From: Candidatus Iainarchaeum sp.
GTDB lineage: Archaea > Iainarchaeota > Iainarchaeia > Iainarchaeales > JACQJH01
Assembly: GCA_016205145.1 (NCBI GenBank)
Contig: JACQJH010000002.1
Location: forward strand, 30,001-62,000
Direction of reading: 5' to 3'
DNA: 32,000 nucleotides
Position numbers and translations under genes: made by a program. Of this stretch, positions 24,837 through 32,000 are shown piece by piece. Position 1 is the stretch's first letter, and every line of letters begins with the position of its first letter. The notes under the pieces are model-generated. The model had not been told where the DNA came from. It was given only the letters and a program-made list of their open reading frames with translations, and did no database searches.

Positions 24837-24845
24837 CTATAAATT
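24837..24845 (+). promoter_or_regulatory. TATA-like box for the orphan ORF at 24868
   Basis: CTATAAATT is centred about 27 nt upstream of the ATG at 24868. Confidence 0.35.
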
Positions 24846-24867
24846 CGGGTTTCAAGTTGTTTCATGC

Positions 24868-25254
24868 ATGCGGACAAGAAGGCTGAAAACCCAAAGGCTT
24901 CCAAAAAAGCCCGGAACGCCGCCGCGTTCAATCCGCAACCCGCACACGACCAGGCCAAATACGCGTTTTGGACTGCCACCTGAAAGGCTTGCAAGATTGG
25001 CAGGACCGAACAATGCCACTGCAATAATGGGCGAATTGCGAAGAACCGGGAAACTCAGGATTCTTGAAGGTCCCGGTGAAATTGCCATTGGAATTGGCGA
25101 TGGGGAATTCCCGATTTCCCCGGCAGTGAAAACTTACTTGACGCGCACTTTCCAGAACTATGTCACGCACGGCGCAACCAAATCGGGAATTGCGAATCTG
25201 AGAAGCCAGTTCGCTGCACTCAGGCCGATAAGAAGACGCGGGCCACAAGAATAA
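24868..25254 (+). CDS. Hypothetical basic protein (128 aa)
   Basis: This is the only ORF in the 390-nt gap with a start codon correctly spaced from a TATA-like box. The tail is K/R/P-rich (MRTRRLKTQRLPKKPGTPPRSIRNPHTTRPNTRFG) and the core looks structured. The 3' end overlaps the convergent DUF1624 gene by 35 nt. Confidence 0.4.
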   Translation: MRTRRLKTQRLPKKPGTPPRSIRNPHTTRPNTRFGLPPERLARLAGPNNATAIMGELRRTGKLRILEGPGEIAIGIGDGEFPISPAVKTYLTRTFQNYVTHGATKSGIANLRSQFAALRPIRRRGPQE

Positions 25255-25960
25255 TCCCGATTATTGCCGGCTGGTGCAGGAAATAAACCGGAAGCGAGTT
25301 CCTGCCCAGAAAACACATTTCCCTTATTCCGGCTGCACCTGCGGCTTCAGGCAGAGCGATTCTTCTTTTTGCTCCGCCATAAAGCGTTTCACCGGCAAAC
25401 ATTCCAATAAGCACCAGCCCGAACCATGGAAGCAGCGGGAAATAGTCAAAAGTCGTGAAGCCCGCCGGCTTGAGGCCGATCCACAGCAGCCATGGAAAAC
25501 CGGATGAATAGCCGGATAAAAAAATTCCCGCCGCAATGACCGCAATGCCGGAAAAAAGGCCTGCCATTTTTTTGCCCAGGAACGGCACGGAAAGAATAAC
25601 CGAAATGCCGATCAGGTGCAGGATTCCGAACCATATCGTTTCGGAGCGGAAAAAAATGAATGTAAACGCCGTTATAAGCATGCCAAGCGCGAATATTTTT
25701 GCGCCGCGCAGGAAAAACTTTTTTTGAATCTCCTTCCGCCCGAGCTTTTTTTTCGCCCTGCCGAAACTTATTGAAAGCGACATTCCGGCAAGGAAAACAA
25801 ATGCAAGGCGGGCAAACCACCCCAGCTGGAACCAGGGAAAAGAGTAAATGTCCGTTTGCGCCGGCGTGAAATAGCTTAGGTCGAATGCAAAATGATACGC
25901 GGCCATCGCGATCAGCGCCAGGCCGCGCACAAAATCGATTTCCCAGAAACGTTCGGGCAT
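25220..25960 (-). CDS. DUF1624 / heparan-alpha-glucosaminide N-acetyltransferase-like membrane acyltransferase
   Basis: The N-terminus RFWEIDFVRGLALIAMAAYHF is the family hallmark (R-x-x-x-D-x-x-RG...M...H). The protein has about 8 hydrophobic helices. Confidence 0.8.
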   Translation of the reverse strand: MPERFWEIDFVRGLALIAMAAYHFAFDLSYFTPAQTDIYSFPWFQLGWFARLAFVFLAGMSLSISFGRAKKKLGRKEIQKKFFLRGAKIFALGMLITAFTFIFFRSETIWFGILHLIGISVILSVPFLGKKMAGLFSGIAVIAAGIFLSGYSSGFPWLLWIGLKPAGFTTFDYFPLLPWFGLVLIGMFAGETLYGGAKRRIALPEAAGAAGIREMCFLGRNSLPVYFLHQPAIIGIILVARVFLSA

Positions 25961-25981
25961 AAAAGCAATAACATAAAACAG

Positions 25982-26554
25982 CTATTTAATCACGCGTTTT
26001 TCCGTCAGGATCAGGTCCATTTTCACGTCCTTCGCCTTTGCCGGGATTTTTTCAAAAACCTGGCATTCAAAGGCAAGCCCCGCGAACAGCGCTTTTTTGT
26101 TCACGCTCCGGATTTCCGCCAGCAGGCTGTCATAATAGCCCCTGCCGTAGCCTACGCGGTTTTTTTTCATGTCGAACGCAACGCCGGGCACGAAAACAAT
26201 TCCGATTCCCGCATAGTCAGCCTTGACTGAATCGGGCCGCGGCTCAAGCAAGCCAAATGCTTTTTCGTGCAATTCGCCGAAATATGAGACCTGCGACAAA
26301 AAAATTTTTCCGTTGTCAAGCGTTACGGGAACGCAGACTTTTTTGCCGAGGCGCCAGCATTCTTCAATCAGTTCCCCTGTTTCGGCCTCGCTTTTGACCG
26401 AAACATAGCACCCGGCACTGCCGGCGGCCTTGAAGGCGCCAAGCGAAACGGCTTTTTCAAAAATTGCCGCGCTTTTTTTTGAGATTTCTTCCGCAGAAAG
26501 CGCATTGCGTTCTGCAAGCGCCTTTTCCCGCACGGCTTGTTTTTCGTCTTTCAT
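25982..26554 (-). CDS. 5-formyltetrahydrofolate cyclo-ligase
   Basis: KQAVREKALAERNALS, VFVPGVAFDMKKNRVGYGRGYYD (the G-x-G-x-GYYD motif). ATG at 26554. The track start at 26563 is a TTG. Confidence 0.87.
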   Translation of the reverse strand: MKDEKQAVREKALAERNALSAEEISKKSAAIFEKAVSLGAFKAAGSAGCYVSVKSEAETGELIEECWRLGKKVCVPVTLDNGKIFLSQVSYFGELHEKAFGLLEPRPDSVKADYAGIGIVFVPGVAFDMKKNRVGYGRGYYDSLLAEIRSVNKKALFAGLAFECQVFEKIPAKAKDVKMDLILTEKRVIK

Positions 26555-26585
26555 GGAAATCAAAATCAGGCCAGTGCAATTTGTT

Positions 26586-28895
26586 TCATGTTATTTTGAC
26601 GCCTTTGCCTTTAACGGTTTTTCCGATGACAAACGCCTTTTCGCCTGACTGTTCAAGCAGTTTCACTGCCTTTTCCGCGTCCTTTGCCCGGACAACCAGG
26701 ACAAGGCCAATGCCGGCATTGAACGTCCTGAAAAACTCTTCGTCCGGAAGGCCACCTTCGCTTCTCAGTATTTCGAACAGCGCCGGAACCGGCCAGCTGC
26801 CCTTCCTTATTTCCGCACCAATGCCTTTCGGCAGTATGCGCGGAATGTTCTCGTAAAATCCCCCGCCGGTGATGTGCGCGATTCCCATTATTTTCACCTT
26901 TTTTGAAACTTGTCCGACCGGCACGAGATAGGATTTGTGCACGCAAAGCAATGCGCTGCCTACGCTTTCATTCAGGCCGGATGGCCGGCTGTGCACGTTC
27001 AGGCCCATTTTTTCGAAAAAGATTTTCCTTGCAAGCGAGTAGCCGTTCGTGTGCAGGCCGCTGGAAGCGATTCCGACAAGGGAATCGCCAGCGGAAATCT
27101 TTTCCGGAACAAAAATGCTGTCTTTTTCCACTACACCCACGATTGTGCCGGCCAGGTCAAATTCACCTTCGACGTATGTTCCCGGCATTGCCGCGGTTTC
27201 CCCGCCGACCAAGGCCAAACCGTTTTTCTTGCACGCGCCGGAAAGGCCGCGCACGATTCCGGTTATCGCCTCCGCATCGAATCCGCTTGAGGCAATGTAA
27301 TCAAGGAAAAAAAGCGGTTTTGCATTCAGGCAAAGAATGTCATTGACCGAATGGTTGACGAGGTCCTCCCCGACAGTGTCCCATTTTCCCATCAATGCCG
27401 CGACCTTGAGTTTCGTGCCCACGCCATCAGTAGAGGAGACAAGCACGGGATGCGAGAATTTTTTGAGATCCTTCGCCGAATACGCGCCGCCGAAAGCCCC
27501 TATGTCAACCAGCACGTTTTTGTCGAATGTCTGCCTGACAAGGCGTTTGATTTCTTCCTTCGCCTTGTTGCCGGAATCAATGTCAACGCCGGCATCCCGG
27601 TATGTTATGGCAATCTTTTCGCCTTTCGGCAGCGCCCTCCAGCCGATGTCCTTCCTGAAATGCGCGTTCTCAAAGTCTATAACCGAAACAGCCCCGTATG
27701 CCATGCGGATTGATTCTTTCAGTTCGGGTGCAACCGCCGTGACTCCCAAAACCCTTCCGCCATTCGAGACAATCCTGCCGGTTCCGGAAAAAGCGGTTCC
27801 GGCATGGAACACCATTACATTCCTGTGCCTCGCTGCATCAGCCAGGCCGGAAATTTCCTTTCCGGTTTCGTATCTGCCAGGATAGCCGCCGGAAGCCATG
27901 ATAACGCAGGCAGAAGCCTCGTTTTTCCACTCGATTTTTTCCTTGTCAAGCGTTCCGTCAACGCAGGCCAGCAGCGCATCCAGCAAATCCGACTTCATGA
28001 GCGGCAATACAACCTGCGTTTCCGGGTCGCCGAACCTGCAATTGAATTCGATTACTTTCGGCTCGCCGCCTTTTATCATGAGTCCCGCATACAATATGCC
28101 GCGGTATTCCCTTCCCTCGGCAGCCATGCCCTTCACGGCCGGGACCAAAATTTTTTCAACGGCTTTTTTCAGCACCGCATCCGAGACAACCGGGGCAGGC
28201 GCGTATGCCCCCATGCCGCCGGTATTCGGGCCAATGTCATTGTCAAACACGCGCTTGTGGTCCTGGCTTGAAACCATCGGCATGACGGTTTTTCCGTCGC
28301 AAAACGCGAGGATTGAAGCTTCCTCGCCTTCCAGCTTTTCTTCCAGAAGGATTTTTTCCCCGCTTCTGCCGAAAGACTTTTCCTCAAGCATGTCTTTGAT
28401 TGCAGCAATTGCCTGCGCCTTTGATTCGCAGACGACAACGCCTTTTCCAGCCGCTAGGCCGTCAGCCTTGACGACAATCGGCACGCCGTGCTTTTCCACA
28501 TGTGCAATCGCATCCTTTGCATTTTCAAAAACAGCAAACTTTGCGGACGGAATGTTGTGGCGTTTTAGAAATTCGCGCGTGAAAGCCTTGCTGCCCTCAA
28601 GAATGGCGGCATCCTTTTTCGGGCCGAAGCATTTGAGGCCGAGCTTTTCAAAAAAATCGGTTATGCCTTCAACCAATGGGCCTTCCGGCCCCACAACAGT
28701 CAGGCCGACGTCATTCGCCCTTGCAAATTCCGCCAAAGCCCTGAAATTTCCGGGCTGGATGTCGTGGCATTCCGCGATTTCCGCAATGCCCGCGTTGCCC
28801 GGACAGCAAAAAACCCGCGACACCTTTTTGCTCTGCAACAGCTTCCACACTATCGCATGCTCCCTTCCGCCGGAACCCACAACAAGGACATTCAA
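26586..28895 (-). CDS. purD/purM: Fusion protein: phosphoribosylamine--glycine ligase (PurD, aa 1 to about 422) plus AIR synthetase (PurM, aa about 429-769)
   Basis: PurD: MNVLVVGSGGREHAIVWKL, ATP-grasp core, HAGTA, RVLGVTA, FRKDIGWRAL. A short linker (PKGEKIA) follows. PurM: ITYRDAGVDIDSGN, SSTDGVGTKLKVA, VNDILCLNAKPLFFLDY, VGGETA, SSGLHTNGYSL, HITGGG. It is one uninterrupted frame. The junction is near nt 27620. The start is a TTG, preceded by AGGCGGT. Confidence 0.92.
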   Translation of the reverse strand: MNVLVVGSGGREHAIVWKLLQSKKVSRVFCCPGNAGIAEIAECHDIQPGNFRALAEFARANDVGLTVVGPEGPLVEGITDFFEKLGLKCFGPKKDAAILEGSKAFTREFLKRHNIPSAKFAVFENAKDAIAHVEKHGVPIVVKADGLAAGKGVVVCESKAQAIAAIKDMLEEKSFGRSGEKILLEEKLEGEEASILAFCDGKTVMPMVSSQDHKRVFDNDIGPNTGGMGAYAPAPVVSDAVLKKAVEKILVPAVKGMAAEGREYRGILYAGLMIKGGEPKVIEFNCRFGDPETQVVLPLMKSDLLDALLACVDGTLDKEKIEWKNEASACVIMASGGYPGRYETGKEISGLADAARHRNVMVFHAGTAFSGTGRIVSNGGRVLGVTAVAPELKESIRMAYGAVSVIDFENAHFRKDIGWRALPKGEKIAITYRDAGVDIDSGNKAKEEIKRLVRQTFDKNVLVDIGAFGGAYSAKDLKKFSHPVLVSSTDGVGTKLKVAALMGKWDTVGEDLVNHSVNDILCLNAKPLFFLDYIASSGFDAEAITGIVRGLSGACKKNGLALVGGETAAMPGTYVEGEFDLAGTIVGVVEKDSIFVPEKISAGDSLVGIASSGLHTNGYSLARKIFFEKMGLNVHSRPSGLNESVGSALLCVHKSYLVPVGQVSKKVKIMGIAHITGGGFYENIPRILPKGIGAEIRKGSWPVPALFEILRSEGGLPDEEFFRTFNAGIGLVLVVRAKDAEKAVKLLEQSGEKAFVIGKTVKGKGVKIT

Positions 28896-28951
28896 GACAA
28901 AAACCGCCTTAGCCTTTGGACCAAAACCGGCCTAGCCGGCAAAAAAAATCA

Positions 28952-30514
28952 TTACTCGTACGTGCGCTTCGAATTGCCCTTGCCGCTGTCGGCAACCGCC
29001 TTCTTTGCAAGCTCTTTTCCGGCCGGCGTCGGGTAATGGCCGTTAAGGCACGCCATGCACAGGTCCTTTTCGCCGGATTCCAGGCCGATGGCGCTCACAA
29101 GGCCCTTCAAGGACTGGTAGACCAGGGTGTCGGCGCCGATTTCCTTGCGGATGCTTTCAATGACCTCCGGATTTATTTCCTTCATTCCCGTATCACCAAG
29201 GTCATCTTCCTTCAAATGCCTGCACGCAATCAGCTCGTCCATCGTGGACATGTCAATGCCGTAAAAGCACGGGCTCTTGATTGGCGGGCACGAAATGCGG
29301 ACATGCACTTCCTTCGCCTTGCCCTCCTTGCGGATGAATTCCACAACAGATTTCGTGGTGTTGCCCCTCACAATGCTGTCGTCGACAAGAATTACCTTCT
29401 TGTCCTTCAGCACCGCCTTGTTGAGGCTGTACTTTTCCTTGACCTTGTCAATCCTGTTGCGGCTTTCAATGAACGTCCTGCCGATATAACGGTTTCTAAT
29501 GAGGCCTTCCATTGCCTGCACTCCAAGCTCATGCGCATAGCCGTCGGCTGTCGGCCTCGCCGTGTCAGGCACGGCCACAACAACGTAATCGCCGTTTTTT
29601 ATCTCCAAAGGCTCGACTTTCGCAAGCTCCTTTCCCAGATTCCAGCGCACGTTGTAAACGTTAGAGCCGTCAATGCTTGTCGAAGGATGCGAAAAATAAA
29701 CCCATTCGAACATGCAGAACGCCTTTTTTTCGCATTTATGATAACGCTCAATCCGGGAATCATTGCCCTCGACAATGAGCATTTCGCCCGGCTGGATGTC
29801 CTTCGGTTCCTCCCTTGACACGAGGTTCAATGCAACGGTTTCGGATGCTGCGCCGACAAAATCCTCTGAAACCACGTAGCTCAGGGGCCTTATGCCCATG
29901 GGATCCCTGCTCGCAACCAGCGAATCGTCGCCGTTCAGGTAAACTATTTCGTACGCGCCGTCAAACGACTCGGACATGTTAGTCCATGCATCCTTCAGCT
30001 CGACCTTCTTGTCGCCGATGAACTGCTTGGCAATCATGTGCATCATGAGTTCGGTGTCATTGTTCTGAATCAGATGATACTTGCTTTTTTCAAGCGAAGC
30101 CTTCAGCTCGGAAAAATTCGCGATGTTGCCGTTGAAGCCGAAACTGAACCATTTCCAGATCCTGCCGTGATGCCTTTCAAACGGCTGGGCGCAGCACGCG
30201 TCATCCGACCCCGAAGTGGCATACCTGGTGTGGCCTATGCCCTTTGTGCCGGAATACTCGTCAAAAATCCGTTCGAACTTTACGTGGTCCGAGCTGTGGA
30301 AAACCTCGTTGACCGTGCCAAGGTCCCTGTACGTGTCAAGCATCTGCATCCTGTCAGCGCGGTAGGTGCTGATGCCCGCACTCAGCTGGCCGCGGTGCTG
30401 CTGCTGCAAAAGCATTTTGTATAAATAGGATACAACCCCGCCTTTCGGATACTTGCTCAAGGGTTTAGGCAAAAACGCGGCCGCAATACCGCACTTCTCC
30501 TTAGCCTCAGCCAT
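28952..30514 (-). CDS. purF: Amidophosphoribosyltransferase (glutamine PRPP amidotransferase) with a short propeptide and Cys ligands for an Fe-S cluster
   Basis: MAEAKEK-CGIAAAF (N-terminal nucleophile Cys after the propeptide), GIGHTRYATSG, RDPMGIRPL, VLVDDSIVRGNT, CPPIKSPCFYGIDM, CMACLNGHYP. ATG at 30514. The track start at 30520 is a GTG. Confidence 0.93.
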   Translation of the reverse strand: MAEAKEKCGIAAAFLPKPLSKYPKGGVVSYLYKMLLQQQHRGQLSAGISTYRADRMQMLDTYRDLGTVNEVFHSSDHVKFERIFDEYSGTKGIGHTRYATSGSDDACCAQPFERHHGRIWKWFSFGFNGNIANFSELKASLEKSKYHLIQNNDTELMMHMIAKQFIGDKKVELKDAWTNMSESFDGAYEIVYLNGDDSLVASRDPMGIRPLSYVVSEDFVGAASETVALNLVSREEPKDIQPGEMLIVEGNDSRIERYHKCEKKAFCMFEWVYFSHPSTSIDGSNVYNVRWNLGKELAKVEPLEIKNGDYVVVAVPDTARPTADGYAHELGVQAMEGLIRNRYIGRTFIESRNRIDKVKEKYSLNKAVLKDKKVILVDDSIVRGNTTKSVVEFIRKEGKAKEVHVRISCPPIKSPCFYGIDMSTMDELIACRHLKEDDLGDTGMKEINPEVIESIRKEIGADTLVYQSLKGLVSAIGLESGEKDLCMACLNGHYPTPAGKELAKKAVADSGKGNSKRTYE

Positions 30515-30666
30515 CAGCACACCAGACGGAAAAAAGAAAGAAAATGATAAGAAAATAATAGTTGGCTAACATTTAAAATAAAAAGGTTTGTCATGCAGCC
30601 AGAAAAAACCGCAAGCGCAAGCCAGCATTTAAAAAAAAGCTAAAAAAACAGGAAAAAGATGCCTGC

Positions 30667-30705
30667 AAAAAAAGCTTACTCGGCGTTCTGCGATAGCAGA
30701 ACGCC
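30667..30705 (-). terminator. Perfect 10-bp stem, 4-nt loop hairpin followed by T7, with further T8/T7/T5 runs downstream
   Basis: GGCGTTCTGC-GATA-GCAGAACGCC (30682-30705) starts 30 nt downstream of the small-ORF stop at 30735. On the sense (minus) strand, 8 nt and then TTTTTTT (30667-30673) follow. More T-runs lie at 30631-30657. Confidence 0.5.
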
Positions 30706-30734
30706 TTGGTTTCGAACCAGCCGGACGAAACCGG

Positions 30735-30917
30735 CTATTTGCAGGCCGGGCAGACGCCTTTGACGTGCGCAAGCTTTGACACGCCGAACAGGCCCAAGGC
30801 CGTGCCCGCGACAAGGTGGGCAGTGCTGACATCCAATGATTTCATGCCCATCAAAAGAAACGAAACGCCTGCCACAAGGACAAGAACGCCCATAACCAAT
30901 CCACAGTTCCCTTTCAT
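30735..30917 (-). CDS. Small membrane protein (60 aa, two predicted TM helices) ending in a CPAC motif
   Basis: MKGNCGLVMGVLVLVAGVSFLLMGMKSLDVSTAHLVAGTALGLFGVSKLAHVKGVCPACK. A canonical GGAGG lies 9 nt upstream of the ATG, and a strong hairpin lies downstream. Confidence 0.55.
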   Translation of the reverse strand: MKGNCGLVMGVLVLVAGVSFLLMGMKSLDVSTAHLVAGTALGLFGVSKLAHVKGVCPACK

Positions 30918-31043
30918 ACCAGAATTCCTCCAAAAAAATTATGGAAACTATGTTATAAGATACAATTTTCCGGTATAAAAATCCATTAGTCCGAAAAGCG
31001 GCCTGACCGCAAGCATTTTATTCCTCCAAAGCTTAATTCGTTC

Positions 31044-31529
31044 ATGCCGCCAAAAATAACTTTTTCCATCACCCTGCTTCCGGAACAAAAAGGCGAATTC
31101 GAAAAGCTCAGGCACAGGATATGGCGGCTTGGAACCATGCCGCCCAACCCGAAAAGATTCCACAGGATTTTCGCATATCAGGATGACCGCCTTGTCGGCT
31201 ATATCCAGCTCATTGACCAGCCGGAATCGCTTGCAATGTATGTCGACGAAATCGCGGTAAGGGAAGATTTTGATTCCGGAAAAGGCAGTAGAGGCGCGGA
31301 GGCGAAAGGCGAAAACGCGGGCTTCGGTCTTGCTACAAGGCTAATGCTTGAAGCCAAAAAAGAGGCCATCCGGCGCAATTACAGGCACTTGGCTGCAGAA
31401 AGGCTTGTTCCAAGATTCCCTGCGGGAAGCGGCAGGATGCTTTTTGTCCGGGAACGGGGCGGATTTGCAAGGCTCATACCCTTGCCGGGCGCAAAAAAGG
31501 GCATAAGGGTGCTGCGCGGGCCGCACTGA
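31044..31529 (+). CDS. GNAT-like N-acetyltransferase, divergent (putative)
   Basis: The beta-strand pattern LVGYIQLI...LAMYVDEIAVREDF, followed by GFGLATRLMLEAKKEAIRRNYRHL, resembles GNAT motif A with an insertion. The TATA-like ATTTTATT is centred about 26 nt upstream of the ATG. Confidence 0.45.
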   Translation: MPPKITFSITLLPEQKGEFEKLRHRIWRLGTMPPNPKRFHRIFAYQDDRLVGYIQLIDQPESLAMYVDEIAVREDFDSGKGSRGAEAKGENAGFGLATRLMLEAKKEAIRRNYRHLAAERLVPRFPAGSGRMLFVRERGGFARLIPLPGAKKGIRVLRGPH

Positions 31530-31543
31530 CTGCGCCGTATGAA

Positions 31544-31852
31544 GTGCTCACACCCCCAAAAATTATTAACTTTGAAGGCACCAATATTAACGTATCAGTG
31601 CAGGCGGTCGGAATGAGGCAGAGCATCGGGGCCATAATCATCGCCGTCATCACGTTCTTTGCGGGCGCGCCGCTGTGGGTTTCCATAGTGCTGCCTGTAA
31701 TCTACGTGGTTGCCGCCGCATCCAACGGGCAGAAAAAAACCGAAGAAAACTACGACCAGTACAAGGGGGCCCTTGTAGGCATTGGCATAATCGCCACGGC
31801 CTTTGCAAGGCGCCTTGAAACCCAGTTGTTGTGGATGGCAATGACGGCGTGA
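31544..31852 (+). CDS. Small hypothetical membrane protein (2-3 TM helices)
   Basis: Hydrophobic segments IGAIIIAVITFFAGAPLWVSIVLPVIYVVAAA and ALVGIGIIATAF. The track start is a GTG. The ATG at 31613 (MRQSIG) is an alternative start. Confidence 0.4.
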   Translation: MLTPPKIINFEGTNINVSVQAVGMRQSIGAIIIAVITFFAGAPLWVSIVLPVIYVVAAASNGQKKTEENYDQYKGALVGIGIIATAFARRLETQLLWMAMTA

Positions 31853-31922
31853 AAAAACGCATTCTCCGCAAACGCGGCATTCAAGAGCCGTCAGTCTAAA
31901 AACTAATCCGGGCCACAATTGT

Positions 31923-32000
31923 TCACGGCATTACCACAAACACGCCTTTTCCAATCTTCCCGGCCCGCACTATTGCGGCATCAACAAGCTTTTCCGCCAC
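31923..32000 (-). CDS. Possible 3' end of a CDS that enters from the right edge (last 25 codons)
   Basis: The minus-strand frame reads VAEKLVDAAIVRAGKIGKGVFVVMP, then TGA at 31923-31925. It is too short to identify. Confidence 0.2.
   Translation of the reverse strand: MAEKLVDAAIVRAGKIGKGVFVVMP

Noticed and set aside
24852-25248. Alternative minus-strand ORFs in the purH-DUF1624 gap: 24928-25248 (106 aa), 24852-25088 and 24662-25024.
   Set aside because: They are Cys/Arg/Ser-rich and lack promoter or SD signals at the right distance. One overlaps the purH coding sequence. The plus-strand ORF at 24868 is the only one positioned 27 nt from a TATA-like box, although it is itself only moderately supported.
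28900-28951. A T8 run and a small CCGGC/GCCGG hairpin between purF and purD-purM, as a possible terminator.
   Set aside because: The stem is only 5 bp with a 3-nt loop, and the CCGG self-complementarity makes it ambiguous. purD-purM follows within 56 nt with an SD-like AGGCGGT, so read-through and co-transcription seem more likely. At most it is a partial attenuation point.
30514-30594. A 26-codon upstream ORF (MTNLFILNVSQLLFSYHFLSFFRLVC) whose TGA overlaps the purF ATG (TGATG).
   Set aside because: Its F/S/L/Y richness simply reflects the T/C-rich leader. The most plausible purF TATA-like box (30571-30585) lies inside it, so its ATG would not be on the transcript. There is no SD, and the amino-acid content has no functional match to purine control.
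30700-30725. A GGTTCGAAACC-like sequence resembling a tRNA T-arm and loop.
   Set aside because: Only a 3-bp flanking stem can form. No acceptor, D or anticodon arms could be built from the surrounding sequence, and the site lies between a CDS stop and its terminator hairpin.
30676-30933. An 85-aa Cys-rich ORF (CPCG...CQHCPPC, zinc-ribbon-like) in another frame of the same strand as the 60-aa membrane ORF.
   Set aside because: Its TTG start is embedded in the GGAGG that serves the 60-aa ORF, and it has no upstream signal of its own. It reads through the 10-bp terminator hairpin. The 60-aa frame has a far more protein-like hydropathy pattern.
1-32000. I searched by eye for mobile elements, integrases, CRISPR repeats, toxin-antitoxin pairs and defence-system hallmarks.
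   Set aside because: No regularly spaced repeats, no terminal inverted repeats flanking a block, and no transposase, integrase, nuclease or ATPase-type motifs were seen in any unassigned ORF. The window is dominated by housekeeping biosynthesis.

Overview
The window is a compact, gene-dense stretch of core anabolism, about 50% GC by eye. I saw no rRNA, tRNA, CRISPR array, transposase or integrase. All calls rest on remembered family motifs, because no similarity search was possible.

Gene content, left to right:
- Left edge: a partial CaCA-type exchanger gene and a GT-C-like membrane protein.
- 1601-10965, minus strand: all seven shikimate-pathway enzymes in the order aroA, aroK, DAHP synthase, aroB, aroD, aroE, aroC. 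Two unrelated genes are embedded in it, a cation:proton antiporter and an Fe-type alcohol dehydrogenase.
- 11006-15405: a CheY-like receiver protein, split transketolase, pheA and transaldolase. The transketolase and transaldolase would supply erythrose-4-phosphate.
- 15479-16987: a three-gene operon of unrecognisable proteins.
- 17040-30514: a folate and purine supercluster containing folC, glyA, folD, fhs, purN, purH, 5-formyl-THF cyclo-ligase, a fused purD-purM and purF.
- Right edge: small membrane and GNAT-like genes.

Most first genes have an AT-rich TATA-like box centred about 25-31 nt upstream of the start codon, and internal genes have short SD-like motifs. This suggests archaeal, largely leaderless promoters, although many of the enzymes are of the bacterial type. 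The taxon is unknown.

Most interesting observations:
1. An aromatic-rich 30-codon leader ORF with flanking repeats and a hairpin sits upstream of DAHP synthase.
2. The orphan three-gene operon shares an exact RLAGTGT heptapeptide, with only synonymous nucleotide differences, with the unknown C-terminal domain of the receiver protein.
3. A prokaryotic PurD-PurM fusion.
4. Non-pathway genes are translationally packed inside the aro operon.
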